Program-made: the position numbers and the translations under genes
Shown here: one piece after another, positions 1 through 10,453 of the stretch
Position numbering within the stretch: position 1 is the stretch's first letter
Layout: the number at the start of each line of letters is the position of its first letter
The notes under the pieces: generated by a model
The model's input: the letters and a program-made list of their open reading frames with translations, nothing else
The model's database searches: none
What the model was told of the DNA's origin: nothing
IMG/VR virus record: IMGVR_UViG_3300043444_000221
Span: 1 to 64,000 of that record
Length of the DNA: 64,000 nucleotides
Strand: one strand, 5' to 3'
Source of the DNA: a virus

Positions 1-239
1 AGAAGCCACAGATCAACATCAACGTTGAGCAATGGGCTGCAGACGCTTTAATTGAATCATATGGCATATCAGAATGCTATGATCTTCTGGCACACTATTT
101 TGATGTTGCACAGAATCCAAGTTGGAAGTACTTTGCCAACTACGCACAAGAAATAATTGATAAAAAAGAACAGCTACAAGAAGATATCAAAGAAAGGGCA
201 AAGAGAAGAGAGATGGCGAAGAGGTGGCTAAGTGAGTAA
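1..239 (+). CDS. Hypothetical protein, 3' part only
   Basis: Open frame from the window edge to TAA at 237-239, overlapping the helicase start. Confidence 0.7.
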   Translation, partial: KPQININVEQWAADALIESYGISECYDLLAHYFDVAQNPSWKYFANYAQEIIDKKEQLQEDIKERAKRREMAKRWLSE

Positions 240-1452
240 TTCAGAATCCAAACTAATTTCCGCTGTTCTACAAGATAAGCAGATTCACGTATTGCTACAG
301 GCAAACGTTGACAATATTCTCAAGACCCATAAAGATATCTGGAACTTTATCAGATTATATTTTGAGCAGAACGGTTCGACTCCTCCGCAGTCATTAGTTG
401 TAGAGAAGTTCCGTGATTTTCAGCCAGAGTCTGGGGTAGGTGCAACAAAGCACCACCTAGAAGAGCTACAGGCAGAGTTCATGAATGATAGCCTAAAGGA
501 TATCATTAGAAATGCTGCTGCAGAGGTTCAGGCAGACAAAGGCCTAGATGCACTTGAACTGCTTATCTCAAAAACATCTGAGCTAAGAAAGAATACTGCA
601 GCAATCCGTGATATTGATGCCACAGATCTTGAGTCTGCAATTGCTTACTATGAAAATGTAAAGAAGCAGGCAGAGCTAGGTTTGGCTGGTATCAAGACTG
701 GTTTGCCAGGATTTGATAACTATCTTCCAGCAGGAATTATGCCAGGACAGCTAGGCGTAATGCTTGCATATCCAGGTATTGGTAAGTCGTGGCTATCTCT
801 ATATTTTGCGGTACAGGCATGGAAGCAAGGCAAGTCACCAATGATTGTATCGCTTGAAATGAGTGAGACAGAAGTTCGTAACCGTGTATTTGCAATCATG
901 GGAGAAGGTCTTTGGTCACACCGAAAGCTTTCTGCTGGACAAATTGAGATTGATGACCTAAAGATGTGGCACCAGAAGGCACTTCAAGGCAAGCCAGAAT
1001 TTCATATCATCTCTAATGATTCTGGTGGAGAGGTTACGCCATCTGTGTTGCGTGGTAAGATTGACCAGTATAAGCCAGACTTTGTTGTGGTTGACTACCT
1101 TCAGCTTATGTCTCCAAACCAAAAGTCAGATAACGAAACTGTGCGTATGAAGAACCTTTCTCGTGAACTAAAACTTATGGCTATTAGCGAAGAAGTGCCT
1201 ATTATTGCTATCTCATCTGCTACACCTGATGATGTAACTAAGCTAGATACTGTTCCTACACTTGGACAAACTGCTTGGTCTCGTCAGATTGCTTACGATG
1301 CTGACTGGGTGCTTGCCCTTGGTCGTGGAACAAACTCTGATATTATTGAGTGTGTATTCAGAAAGAACCGTAATGGTTTTATGGGAGAGTTCTTGGTTCA
1401 GGCAGACTTTGACAAGGGATACTACAAGTACAAGGATTTCGAGGATAACTAA
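232..1452 (+). CDS. dnaB: DnaB-like replicative helicase
   Basis: Walker A AYPGIGKS, SLEM, Walker B VVVDYLQLM, KNRNG. Confidence 0.95.
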   Translation: MSNSESKLISAVLQDKQIHVLLQANVDNILKTHKDIWNFIRLYFEQNGSTPPQSLVVEKFRDFQPESGVGATKHHLEELQAEFMNDSLKDIIRNAAAEVQADKGLDALELLISKTSELRKNTAAIRDIDATDLESAIAYYENVKKQAELGLAGIKTGLPGFDNYLPAGIMPGQLGVMLAYPGIGKSWLSLYFAVQAWKQGKSPMIVSLEMSETEVRNRVFAIMGEGLWSHRKLSAGQIEIDDLKMWHQKALQGKPEFHIISNDSGGEVTPSVLRGKIDQYKPDFVVVDYLQLMSPNQKSDNETVRMKNLSRELKLMAISEEVPIIAISSATPDDVTKLDTVPTLGQTAWSRQIAYDADWVLALGRGTNSDIIECVFRKNRNGFMGEFLVQADFDKGYYKYKDFEDN

Positions 1453-2369
1453 TGGCTGCATATACTCCTGATCAAATTAAGAAGGTACTGATTGGTGCAG
1501 GTCTCACTATTGAAAAAGAGATTGACTCTGATTACATTATCTTCTGTCCTTTTCATGCTAACAATAGAACTCCAGCAGGAGAAGTAGACAAGAATACTGG
1601 AAAGTTCTTTTGCTTCTCATGCCACCATGTTGCAGATTTGGTTGAGGTAGTTATGCATACAACAGCAAGAACATATTTTGAGGCAGCACGGTATATTAAG
1701 TCAAAAGAAGGGCTATCGTCTATTATTGGTGATGTAGAGAAAAAGCTTATTAGCATTCCAGAATACACTCAGTATGACCAAGTTCTCATTAAGAGACTAA
1801 ACCAGCAAGCACTTGAATCGCCAAGAGCAATGAGATATTATGCTGGAAGACTTATAACAGAGGCATCAGTAAAAAAGTTTCAGCTTGGATATTCAGAAAA
1901 GCAAGATATGGTTACGATTCCAGTGGCTGCACCTGATGGAATGGAAGTTGGCTTTGTTGGCAGATCTATTGAGGGTAAAGATTTTAAAAATACACCTGGA
2001 TTGCCAAAGTCAAAGATTTTGTTTAATTTACATAGAGTTAAAACATCTAACAGGGTTTATGTGGTAGAATCATCTTTTGATGCTATTCGTTTAGATCAGG
2101 TTGGAATTCCAGCTGTTGCCACACTAGGGGCAATGGTATCTACAAAACAGATAGAACTTCTTCGTAAGTACTTCAACTCTGTTTTTGTTATAGCAGATAA
2201 TGACGAAGCAGGAGGTAACATGAGAGACAAGATTATTAAAAGTCTTGGAGCAATGGTTACTACTGTTAAGTTGGATTCAGCTTACAAAGACATTGGGGAT
2301 ATGCAAGATGAAGATATAAAAAGGCTAGATATGTCATTTGACAAATCAATAATGGCCATGCTACAATAA
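1452..2369 (+). CDS. dnaG: DNA primase (CHC2 zinc finger + TOPRIM)
   Basis: CPFH...CFSC zinc finger; VVES..D, DNDEAG and KDIGD TOPRIM motifs. Confidence 0.92.
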   Translation: MAAYTPDQIKKVLIGAGLTIEKEIDSDYIIFCPFHANNRTPAGEVDKNTGKFFCFSCHHVADLVEVVMHTTARTYFEAARYIKSKEGLSSIIGDVEKKLISIPEYTQYDQVLIKRLNQQALESPRAMRYYAGRLITEASVKKFQLGYSEKQDMVTIPVAAPDGMEVGFVGRSIEGKDFKNTPGLPKSKILFNLHRVKTSNRVYVVESSFDAIRLDQVGIPAVATLGAMVSTKQIELLRKYFNSVFVIADNDEAGGNMRDKIIKSLGAMVTTVKLDSAYKDIGDMQDEDIKRLDMSFDKSIMAMLQ

Positions 2370-2398
2370 TATAACAAACAAAAAATAAGGAGAACACC

Positions 2399-3052
2399 AT
2401 GGGTGTAATTAAAGGGCTAAAGGATATCAATGCAATTCTTGATAAGCCAAAGTATGAAAGCACAGGAACAAAGGTTCGTTGGGTAAAGCTAGCTGACGGA
2501 CAGGCTGCAAAGATTCGTTTCGTAGAGGAATTGGATCAGGACTCAGCACACTATGACGAGGCTCGTGGCCTCTCTGTGGTAATCGCACAGCACACCAATC
2601 CAAAGGATTACAAGCGTATGGCTGCTTGTACAATGGAGACTGAAGGTCGCTGCTTTGCATGTGAGATGGCACGTAAGGAGCCAAAGGCTGGATGGCGTTC
2701 AAAGCTTCGCTTCTACTGCAACGTGCTAGTTGATGACGGCCTTGAGGCACCATACATTGCTGTTTGGTCGCAGGGTGTCACTAAGCAGTCTGCATTCAAC
2801 ACTATTCGTGAGTATGCACTAGAAACTGGCTCAATCTCAAACCTTGAGTGGAAGCTAAAGCGTAATGGTCAGGGAACTGAAACAAATTATACACTTCTTC
2901 CTACCAAGCCAGATGCAGAGCCATTTGTATGGGGCGACTATGAGTTCCATAATCTTGAAAAGGTTGTTCGTGAAGTTCCATATCCAGAGCAGGAAGCATT
3001 CTACTTTGGGTTTGATACTCCGTCTGTTACATCAACCAACATTGATTGGTAA
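2399..3052 (+). CDS. Single-stranded DNA-binding protein (gp32-like)
   Basis: Lies between primase and polymerase; KIRF, H..C..C..C, KRNGQGTETNY pattern, tail ending in DW. Confidence 0.7.
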   Translation: MGVIKGLKDINAILDKPKYESTGTKVRWVKLADGQAAKIRFVEELDQDSAHYDEARGLSVVIAQHTNPKDYKRMAACTMETEGRCFACEMARKEPKAGWRSKLRFYCNVLVDDGLEAPYIAVWSQGVTKQSAFNTIREYALETGSISNLEWKLKRNGQGTETNYTLLPTKPDAEPFVWGDYEFHNLEKVVREVPYPEQEAFYFGFDTPSVTSTNIDW

Positions 3053-3064
3053 TTAAGTTTGATT

Positions 3065-3092
3065 TGGGGGTAACTTCGGTTGCCCCCATTTC
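3065..3092 (+). terminator. Intrinsic terminator
   Basis: TGGGGGTAAC-TTCG-GTTGCCCCCA hairpin followed by TTT. Confidence 0.7.
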
Positions 3093-3162
3093 ATCTTACC
3101 TATTGACAAAATATATTTAAAATGCAATAATTATATACACAACAATTTAGATAAAGGAAATT

Positions 3163-6100
3163 ATGAGTTACGCTGGCTTGCATGTCCACACACACTACTC
3201 GCTATTTGACGGAATTGCAACACCACAGGAATATGTGGATCGTGCCGTAGAGCTGGGAATGCCAGCAATTGCAATCACTGACCACGGAAGTCTATCAGGA
3301 CACCGTGAAATGTATCGTGCTGCTAAAGAAGCAGGAATTAAGCCAATCCTTGGCATCGAAGGGTATATCACAAAAGACCGCTTTGACCACACAGACAAGA
3401 AGGAAAAGAATGATCCTCTTGATCTAAATTACAACCACCTAATCATTATTGCAAAGAATGCTAAGGGGCTACAGAACCTCAACAAGCTTAATGAGATTGC
3501 TTGGACAGAAGGATTTTATAAGAAGCCACGCATTGACTGGGATATCCTTGAAGAGTATAAGGATGGTCTCATTATTACATCTGGATGTTTGTCTGGTGTA
3601 TTGGCTAAGGCTATCGAAGCAAATGAGTTTGCATATGCTAAGGAACATATTACAAAGTGTAAGAAGATTTTTGGCGATGACTACTATATTGAGGTTATGC
3701 CACACAACCCACCTGAGATTAATAAGGCACTGCTTGAACTAGCAGATGAGTTTGGTGTAAAGCCAGTTGTTACTCCAGACTGTCACCACTCTGATCCTTC
3801 ACAGAAGGAAATTCAGGAACTTAAGTTGATTCTAAACTCATACTCAAATAAGGTTGAGAAGGGTGCAACTTATGAGGGATCCAAAAAGTATGATAATTTG
3901 ATGGACCGTCTAGATTACCTATATGGTGCAGACCGCCAGATGTCATTTAATAAGTTTGAGATTCACCTACTTTCTGACGAAGAAATGCATAATGCCATGA
4001 AGGCCCAAGGCATTGACCGTGAAGATATGTATGAGGCTACTATTGAAATTGTTAATAAGGTAGAAGACTACAAGATTAAAGATCACCAAGACCTTCTTCC
4101 TGTGCAGTATCAGAATCCTAACAAAGAGTTACGAGAGCTTGCCCTTGCTGGCCTAAAAGACCGTGGCATTGAGACAGAAGAATATCTAGCACGTCTGGAT
4201 GAAGAGCTAGAAGTAATTGAAGCAAAGAACTTTGGACCATACTTCCTTGTTGTACGCTCAATGATTTCCTGGGCTAAAAAAGAAGGAATTATGGTTGGTC
4301 CAGGTCGTGGTTCTGCAGCAGGCTCACTACTCTGCTATGCTCTAGGAATCACAGACATTGATCCAATTCAGCATGGACTATTGTTCTTCCGATTTATCAA
4401 CCCAGAGCGTAATGACTTCCCAGATATTGATACTGATATTCAGGACTCACGTCGTGAAGAAGTAAAGGATTACCTAGTGCGTCAGTATAAGCATGTTGCG
4501 TCTATTGCAACATTTTTACAGTTCCGTGGCAAGGGCATGGTCCGTGATATTGCACGTACACTCAACGTACCGCTAGCAGATGTTAATAAGGTTCTAAAGG
4601 TTGTTGATGACTGGGACGACTACTGCTCTTCAAAGCAGTCAGCATGGTTCCGTGAAAAGTATCCTGAAATTGAGACTTATGGTGACCTTCTTCGTGGAAG
4701 AATTCGTGGCACTGGTATTCACGCTGCAGGTGTTGTTACATCTAAACAACCTATCTTTAAGTTTGCTCCACTAGAAACTCGCACGTCTCCAGGAAACAAG
4801 GAACGCATTCCTGTTGTGGCGGTAGACATGGAAGAAGCAGAGCGTATTGGTCTAATTAAGATTGATGCACTTGGACTCAAGACATTGTCTGTTCTACGAG
4901 ACACTCTAGACATTATTGAAGAACGTCATGACAAGAAGATTGACCTATTGTCAATTGATATGGATGATGCAAATGTATATAGAATGCTATCTGATGGATA
5001 TACAAAGGGTGTGTTTCAGTGTGAGGCAACACCATATACAAATCTTTTGGTAAAGATGGGTGTAAAAAATCTAGATGAGCTTGCTGCTTCTAATGCTCTA
5101 GTTCGTCCAGGTGCTGCAAATACAATTGGTAAGGACTACATTGCACGTAAGCAAGGTAGACAGAATATTGATTATAAGCACCAAGTGATGAAGTCTTTTA
5201 CTGCAGAAACGTATGGGTGTATTCTATATCAGGAACAGGTCATGCAGGCTTGTACAGAGCTAGGCGGTATGACGATGGCTGAGGCTGACAAGGTTCGTAA
5301 GATTATTGGAAAGAAGAAAGATGCTAAAGAGTTTGATCAGTTCAAAGATAAGTTTATTGATGGTGCTAGTAGGTTTATTTCTCCTAACGCTGCTATGGAC
5401 CTATGGCACGATTTCGAAGCACACGCAGGTTACTCTTTCAACAAGTCCCACGCCGTTGCCTACTCAACACTCTCATATTGGACAGCGTGGCTAAAGTATC
5501 ACTATCCACTAGAGTTTATGTACTCAATTCTTAAGAATGAAAAAGATAAGGATGCACGTACAGAATATCTGATTGAGACAAAGCGTATGGGAATTCCTAT
5601 CAAGCTCCCACATGTTAATGATTCAGATGCTGACTTCAAGATTGAGGGCAAGGGTATTCGATTTGGACTAACTGGAATTAAGTATATCTCTGACAATATT
5701 GCATCTAAGTATATGGCTGCTCGTCCATTTAATAGCTACAAGGAACTTGAAGAGTTTACGTTTGGCAAGGGTAATGGCGTTAATAGTCGTGCACTACAGG
5801 CAATGAGAGTAATTGGTGCTGCTACATTCCAAGATCAGCCACGAAATGACCAAGAGATTCGTGAGAACCTATACGAGTATCTAAATCTACCAGAATTTAA
5901 TATCACAGTGCCTCAGCACTATCACGCATTCATCAGTGACGTAGAAGAGTTTGAGGAAAAGGGTTCGTTCATTTTGATGGGTATGGTAAAAGAGATTAAG
6001 CGTGGCAAGGGTTGGTCACGTGTAGAAATTTTAGACAAAACAGGAAGTGTAGGTATATTTGACGATGAGCAGTCTGCAATCGAAACTGGAAAGACATATC

Positions 6101-6438
6101 TTATTTTGGCTAGCGATAATCGCATTACTGAAGCCATCCAGATTGATGAGATTGGTAAGGTTGATTCGGCACTTGTGAAGTATCTAAACTACAAGCAGTT
6201 GCCATATAAAGACGAAGAAATGTTTGTTGTCTCATTTAAGTCACGCATAACCAAGGCTGGCAAGAAGATGGCAACACTTACTTTGGCAGATGCATCTAGA
6301 GAACTGCACCCTGTGACAGTATTCCCTACTGCATATGCTAAGGCTTATATGAAGATTCAGGAAGGATCTGCATACAAATTTGATTTGGGTAAAACCAAGG
6401 ATGGAACAATAATTATGGAGGATGTACATGCAATTTGA
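3163..6438 (+). CDS. dnaE: DNA polymerase III alpha subunit
   Basis: PHP domain (HVHTHYS, ITDHG), GRGSAAGS, PDIDTD, HAAG, KIDALGL, YSFNKSH. Confidence 0.97.
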   Translation: MSYAGLHVHTHYSLFDGIATPQEYVDRAVELGMPAIAITDHGSLSGHREMYRAAKEAGIKPILGIEGYITKDRFDHTDKKEKNDPLDLNYNHLIIIAKNAKGLQNLNKLNEIAWTEGFYKKPRIDWDILEEYKDGLIITSGCLSGVLAKAIEANEFAYAKEHITKCKKIFGDDYYIEVMPHNPPEINKALLELADEFGVKPVVTPDCHHSDPSQKEIQELKLILNSYSNKVEKGATYEGSKKYDNLMDRLDYLYGADRQMSFNKFEIHLLSDEEMHNAMKAQGIDREDMYEATIEIVNKVEDYKIKDHQDLLPVQYQNPNKELRELALAGLKDRGIETEEYLARLDEELEVIEAKNFGPYFLVVRSMISWAKKEGIMVGPGRGSAAGSLLCYALGITDIDPIQHGLLFFRFINPERNDFPDIDTDIQDSRREEVKDYLVRQYKHVASIATFLQFRGKGMVRDIARTLNVPLADVNKVLKVVDDWDDYCSSKQSAWFREKYPEIETYGDLLRGRIRGTGIHAAGVVTSKQPIFKFAPLETRTSPGNKERIPVVAVDMEEAERIGLIKIDALGLKTLSVLRDTLDIIEERHDKKIDLLSIDMDDANVYRMLSDGYTKGVFQCEATPYTNLLVKMGVKNLDELAASNALVRPGAANTIGKDYIARKQGRQNIDYKHQVMKSFTAETYGCILYQEQVMQACTELGGMTMAEADKVRKIIGKKKDAKEFDQFKDKFIDGASRFISPNAAMDLWHDFEAHAGYSFNKSHAVAYSTLSYWTAWLKYHYPLEFMYSILKNEKDKDARTEYLIETKRMGIPIKLPHVNDSDADFKIEGKGIRFGLTGIKYISDNIASKYMAARPFNSYKELEEFTFGKGNGVNSRALQAMRVIGAATFQDQPRNDQEIRENLYEYLNLPEFNITVPQHYHAFISDVEEFEEKGSFILMGMVKEIKRGKGWSRVEILDKTGSVGIFDDEQSAIETGKTYLILASDNRITEAIQIDEIGKVDSALVKYLNYKQLPYKDEEMFVVSFKSRITKAGKKMATLTLADASRELHPVTVFPTAYAKAYMKIQEGSAYKFDLGKTKDGTIIMEDVHAI

Positions 6439-6748
6439 TGATTGGGCAGAAGAGCTACACAAGACTGCCGTAGCTAAAGGCTTTTGGCCAGAAGACGTAG
6501 ATGATATCTTCATTACAAAGCAATTGATGATGATTGTGTCAGAGGCTGTAGAGGTCATGGAGGCTATCAGAAAAGATAAGGGAGAAGACCAAATCGCTGA
6601 TGAAATGGCAGATATCCTTATTAGAACTTTTGATCTATACGCAGGGCTAGTGGAGCATGGCTATACCAGAACTTCGCTAGACTATGCTATGGAGAAGAAG
6701 ACAAGCTTCAACAAGACACGACCAGAAAAGCACGGGGTAAAGTTCTAA
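6422..6748 (+). CDS. MazG-like nucleotide pyrophosphohydrolase
   Basis: SEAVEVME...DEMADILIR (ExxE...ExxD). Confidence 0.8.
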   Translation: MYMQFDDWAEELHKTAVAKGFWPEDVDDIFITKQLMMIVSEAVEVMEAIRKDKGEDQIADEMADILIRTFDLYAGLVEHGYTRTSLDYAMEKKTSFNKTRPEKHGVKF

Positions 6749-7761
6749 TGACAGTAAGTGTAGAAGACGTACTAGCACAGCTTAATCCAAAGCTACGTAA
6801 AAACATTATGGTTGGAGATTCAGTTCCAGAGACAGAGTTTCAACCAACACCAAGCTTTGGCCTTAATAGAGCACTTAATGGTGGATTGCCATATGGTCGC
6901 CAGGTATTGATTTGGGGATCTAAATCATCTGCAAAGTCATCTGTATGTCTACAGACAATTGCTCTTGCACAAAAAGAGGGAAAGATCTGTGCATGGATTG
7001 ATGCTGAAATGTCGTATGACAAATCATGGGCAGAACGCCTAGGTGTAGATACATCAAAGCTTATCGTGTCTCAAGCACGTACAATCAATGACATGGTTGA
7101 TGTTGGCACCCAGCTGATGAATGCTGGAGTAGACATAATCGTTGTTGACTCTATTACATCTCTGCTGCCTGCAATCTACTTTGAGAAAGACTCTGATGAG
7201 CTCAAGCAGCTAGAAAATACTAAGCAGATTGGTGCAGAAGCTAGAGACTTTAGCAATGCAGTAAAAATGCTTAACTATGCAAATAACAAAGTTAAGCCTA
7301 CGCTACTAATCTTTATTAGTCAATCAAGAAATAATATTAGTGCCATGTATACTAGCCAGCAGCCAACTGGAGGTACATCTGTTAAGTTCTATTCATCCAC
7401 TATTATTAAACTATTTTCGTCTGAATCAGACAACCAAGCAATAAAGGGGAAGATCCATGTTGGAGATAAGTTCATTGAAGAAAAGATTGGTAGAAAAGTT
7501 CGCTGGGACCTTCAGTTCTCTAAGACTTCGCCTGCTTTCCAGGGTGGCGAGTATGATTTCTATTTTAGAGGCGATGATGTTGGTGTTGACAGTATTGGTG
7601 ATCTTGTTGACACAGCAGAACAGCTAGGAATTGTCAATAGAACTGGTGCATGGTATCAGCTAGATGATGGAACAAAAATCCAGGGTAGAGATGCCTTTGT
7701 GGCTAGAGTAAAGGAAGACCTAGACCTTCAAGACTCTATTAAGGCAAAGCTTAATGGCTAA
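6748..7761 (+). CDS. recA: RecA-like recombinase
   Basis: GGLPYGR, WIDAE, IIVVDS, TGG..VKFYSS, GAWY. Confidence 0.93.
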   Translation: MTVSVEDVLAQLNPKLRKNIMVGDSVPETEFQPTPSFGLNRALNGGLPYGRQVLIWGSKSSAKSSVCLQTIALAQKEGKICAWIDAEMSYDKSWAERLGVDTSKLIVSQARTINDMVDVGTQLMNAGVDIIVVDSITSLLPAIYFEKDSDELKQLENTKQIGAEARDFSNAVKMLNYANNKVKPTLLIFISQSRNNISAMYTSQQPTGGTSVKFYSSTIIKLFSSESDNQAIKGKIHVGDKFIEEKIGRKVRWDLQFSKTSPAFQGGEYDFYFRGDDVGVDSIGDLVDTAEQLGIVNRTGAWYQLDDGTKIQGRDAFVARVKEDLDLQDSIKAKLNG

Positions 7762-7930
7762 GTACACAGTTTACAATGGCAAGTTTCCATGCCATACATG
7801 TAAGATAGAAGTAACATCACTACGCTCATATCCAGATACTAAAGAGCTAACTTGGATGTGCAAAAATGGTCACATTAGCAAGGTATCTCTAGCAACCAAA
7901 AAGAAGAAGGACTATGAGCGAGAGAAGTGA
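7754..7930 (+). CDS. Small zinc-finger protein (58 aa, not in ORF track)
   Basis: MAKYTVYNGKFPCHTC...WMCKNGH; overlaps both neighbours. Confidence 0.7.
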   Translation: MAKYTVYNGKFPCHTCKIEVTSLRSYPDTKELTWMCKNGHISKVSLATKKKKDYEREK

Positions 7931-8198
7931 GAGCAAGAGGATAGGTGCTAAGCAGCATAAGAATTCTGGTAGAAATACCAAGAAGGGCGATGCTACTTGG
8001 CATAACTTCACTGTAGACTTTAAGGAATATCCAAAGGGTTTTACAGTTAACAAGGATAACTGGGCCAAAGCAGTTACTGATGCTATCAAAAATGGCAATG
8101 ACCCAGCTATCTTTGTTGTTCTTGGCGAGGGTAACCAAAAGGTACGCCTAGCCATAATTGAGGTTGAAATGCTTGAGCAATTAATAGATAATGTATAA
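7914..8198 (+). CDS. Small PD-(D/E)XK nuclease, Holliday-junction resolvase-like
   Basis: SG...KGD...VDFK motif. Confidence 0.6.
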   Translation: MSERSESKRIGAKQHKNSGRNTKKGDATWHNFTVDFKEYPKGFTVNKDNWAKAVTDAIKNGNDPAIFVVLGEGNQKVRLAIIEVEMLEQLIDNV

Positions 8199-8205
8199 TA
8201 GTAAT

Positions 8206-8742
8206 ATGGCAGAGCAAATTAAAAACCTATTTGATATAGAAGAGGCAGAGTACCTCAAAAAGCTTATAGATGATGAAAAGGCAAAGCGTACAGTCTTTGT
8301 TTGGGATGAGTTTGGCGGAGACCAGTTTCCACAAGAGATGATGGATAGTGCTGAGCATATGGTTCAAAATGTTAGCCTTGGAAAAATAATGTTTAATCTT
8401 AGCATCCCAGACTCACTCAAAGACAAGCTTGTTGGAGTAGCAAAATATATGGGGTATGATGTTGAATACTTTTGTGCAACCTACACAGAATATTCTAGAG
8501 ACTATGGTAGCCCAGTGTTAACGCCACACAAGGATAAGCAAAACTTTTGTCTTATTGATTATCAATTAGACGCTAACACATCGTGGCCACTATTTGTTGA
8601 GGAACAGATTTTTGATCTATCGAACAATGATGGCTTAATCTTCCTACCATCTCAGATGGTTCATGGAAGACCAGAAAAAGTATTCCTAGATAAAGAGTTT
8701 GTCAAGATGATCTTTTTTGATATGAAGTTGGTTAATGAATGA
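8206..8742 (+). CDS. 2OG-Fe(II) oxygenase-like protein
   Basis: HKD...HGR; start moved to a leaderless ATG 6 nt after TATAAT. Confidence 0.7.
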   Translation: MAEQIKNLFDIEEAEYLKKLIDDEKAKRTVFVWDEFGGDQFPQEMMDSAEHMVQNVSLGKIMFNLSIPDSLKDKLVGVAKYMGYDVEYFCATYTEYSRDYGSPVLTPHKDKQNFCLIDYQLDANTSWPLFVEEQIFDLSNNDGLIFLPSQMVHGRPEKVFLDKEFVKMIFFDMKLVNE

Positions 8743-9314
8743 TCCCATTAGACAATTTTATTATAGATAATATATTTACTGATGAAGAAATCTCAACAAT
8801 CTATGATCATGTAAATAATACTCCAGAGGAAAAGAGATACCTCCAGGATTGTTTTGGACACACCGCTTATTTTTCCTGGCTTCCAGAAAGTATTATTAAA
8901 AAGATTGAAAAGGTGGTTGCTGAAAATTTTGATATGCCACTAGTACTTAGAGAGCTTTCTTTTGCAAGATATGATACAGCAGATGGAAAGAAGCCAGCCC
9001 TATATCCTCATTTTGATGAAACATTTCAGGAACAAAGGGTAACTGTAGATATCCAAGTTAAATCAACAATGCCATGGTCAATCGTTGTTGAGGATAGTCC
9101 ATATGTTCTTAAGGATAATCAAGCTTTAGTGTTTGGTGGAACACATCAAATTCATTGGCGAGAAAAGGTTCAGTTTTCAGATGCTGATTACGTAGATATG
9201 ATATTCTGCCATTTTTCAGAACCAATTGGGGTGGCAATTCCTAACTCACCAGAACACCTAAAAGAAATGTCTAAAAAACAGCAAAAATATAGAGATGCCT
9301 ATTACGCAAACTAG
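8739..9314 (+). CDS. 2OG-Fe(II) oxygenase-like protein
   Basis: IIDNIFTDEE, HFD...HWR. Confidence 0.75.
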   Translation: MIPLDNFIIDNIFTDEEISTIYDHVNNTPEEKRYLQDCFGHTAYFSWLPESIIKKIEKVVAENFDMPLVLRELSFARYDTADGKKPALYPHFDETFQEQRVTVDIQVKSTMPWSIVVEDSPYVLKDNQALVFGGTHQIHWREKVQFSDADYVDMIFCHFSEPIGVAIPNSPEHLKEMSKKQQKYRDAYYAN

Positions 9315-9352
9315 AGTTTTATGGTAAAATTGTATAAACTGAGAGGTACAAA

Positions 9353-10150
9353 ATGAATAATAATAATGTAGCACCAATGCATAAATGGCTAACAGACTTT
9401 GATAAGTACAACAAGCCTTTGCCAATCTATATCGAAAAACCATTCAATGAGCAGCAGATTGAGCTATTGCGTGGGGTAATTGAAAATAACCGCAGCCTAA
9501 TGAATAACGCTCAGTATGATCGTCTTCAGGGCAGCCAAGAGCAGTACTATGGCGAGACAAGATTCCACCCAAAGAAGATTGTTCACATGTCAAGACTACT
9601 CATTGAGTTTGTATGCCCACCAGAGATTGAGGCGGTAATGGATTCCTATGCAAAGCCTTTGCACCAGGATCCAGTCAGACTAACTCACTATAATTATATT
9701 GACTACAATATGGCATATGGAGATGGCAAGCATGCACCATCACTGCCACCACACCTAGATGCAGATGAGAACTTGGTAACATTCAACTACTGCCTTGACC
9801 AGAATATTGAAGACTGGACATTGTGGGTAGAGGATAAAGAGTATGAGCTAAAGAAGGGTGATGCCATCATCTTTAGTGCTGTTAACCAGGTTCACTGGAG
9901 ACCAAAGCGTAAGTGGAAAGAAGGAGAGTTTTGCGAAATCGTAAGCTTTGACTACTGTCCAGTTACAAACTATAGATGGACTGGACAGACAAACCCCATT
10001 GATCCAATGGAGAGATTTGCTGAAAGACAGGCATATCAGGATGAAGTGGCCAAGCACCCAAAGATGGTTGCTGCATGGGAAATTTACAATGCTATGGGCC
10101 TAGATGCTGGCATTCCACAGCAAGATATTGCAGGTTTTGTAAATGAGTAA
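9353..10150 (+). CDS. 2OG-Fe(II) oxygenase-like protein
   Basis: HLD...GDAIIF...HWR. Confidence 0.75.
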   Translation: MNNNNVAPMHKWLTDFDKYNKPLPIYIEKPFNEQQIELLRGVIENNRSLMNNAQYDRLQGSQEQYYGETRFHPKKIVHMSRLLIEFVCPPEIEAVMDSYAKPLHQDPVRLTHYNYIDYNMAYGDGKHAPSLPPHLDADENLVTFNYCLDQNIEDWTLWVEDKEYELKKGDAIIFSAVNQVHWRPKRKWKEGEFCEIVSFDYCPVTNYRWTGQTNPIDPMERFAERQAYQDEVAKHPKMVAAWEIYNAMGLDAGIPQQDIAGFVNE

Positions 10151-10445
10151 TGAAACAACACTAGATATGATTAACGGTCTTGCAGAGGTAGCAGATTACA
10201 TGCAGGACGAGGAATTGACAACGGCACTAACGTTTATAGCTAAGCTTATTGTTAAGCCAGATATTCCTCTACAAGTTGCAACAATTGAGATCGTACGCCT
10301 ACAGGCAATTGCTGCTAAAATGTCTTTTAAGGCAACCTGGATGGCAAACGTAGATAAGGGAGATAGAGCGAAGAAGAACTTGTACTTTACTGCTGCAGAA
10401 TCAATCAATAACTTGGTTGCTGCTCTTAAGTACATCACTCGCTAA
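10143..10445 (+). CDS. Hypothetical helical phage protein
   Basis: Coupled ORF within the operon. Confidence 0.7.
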   Translation: MSNETTLDMINGLAEVADYMQDEELTTALTFIAKLIVKPDIPLQVATIEIVRLQAIAAKMSFKATWMANVDKGDRAKKNLYFTAAESINNLVAALKYITR

Positions 10446-10453
10446 GTGGTAAT

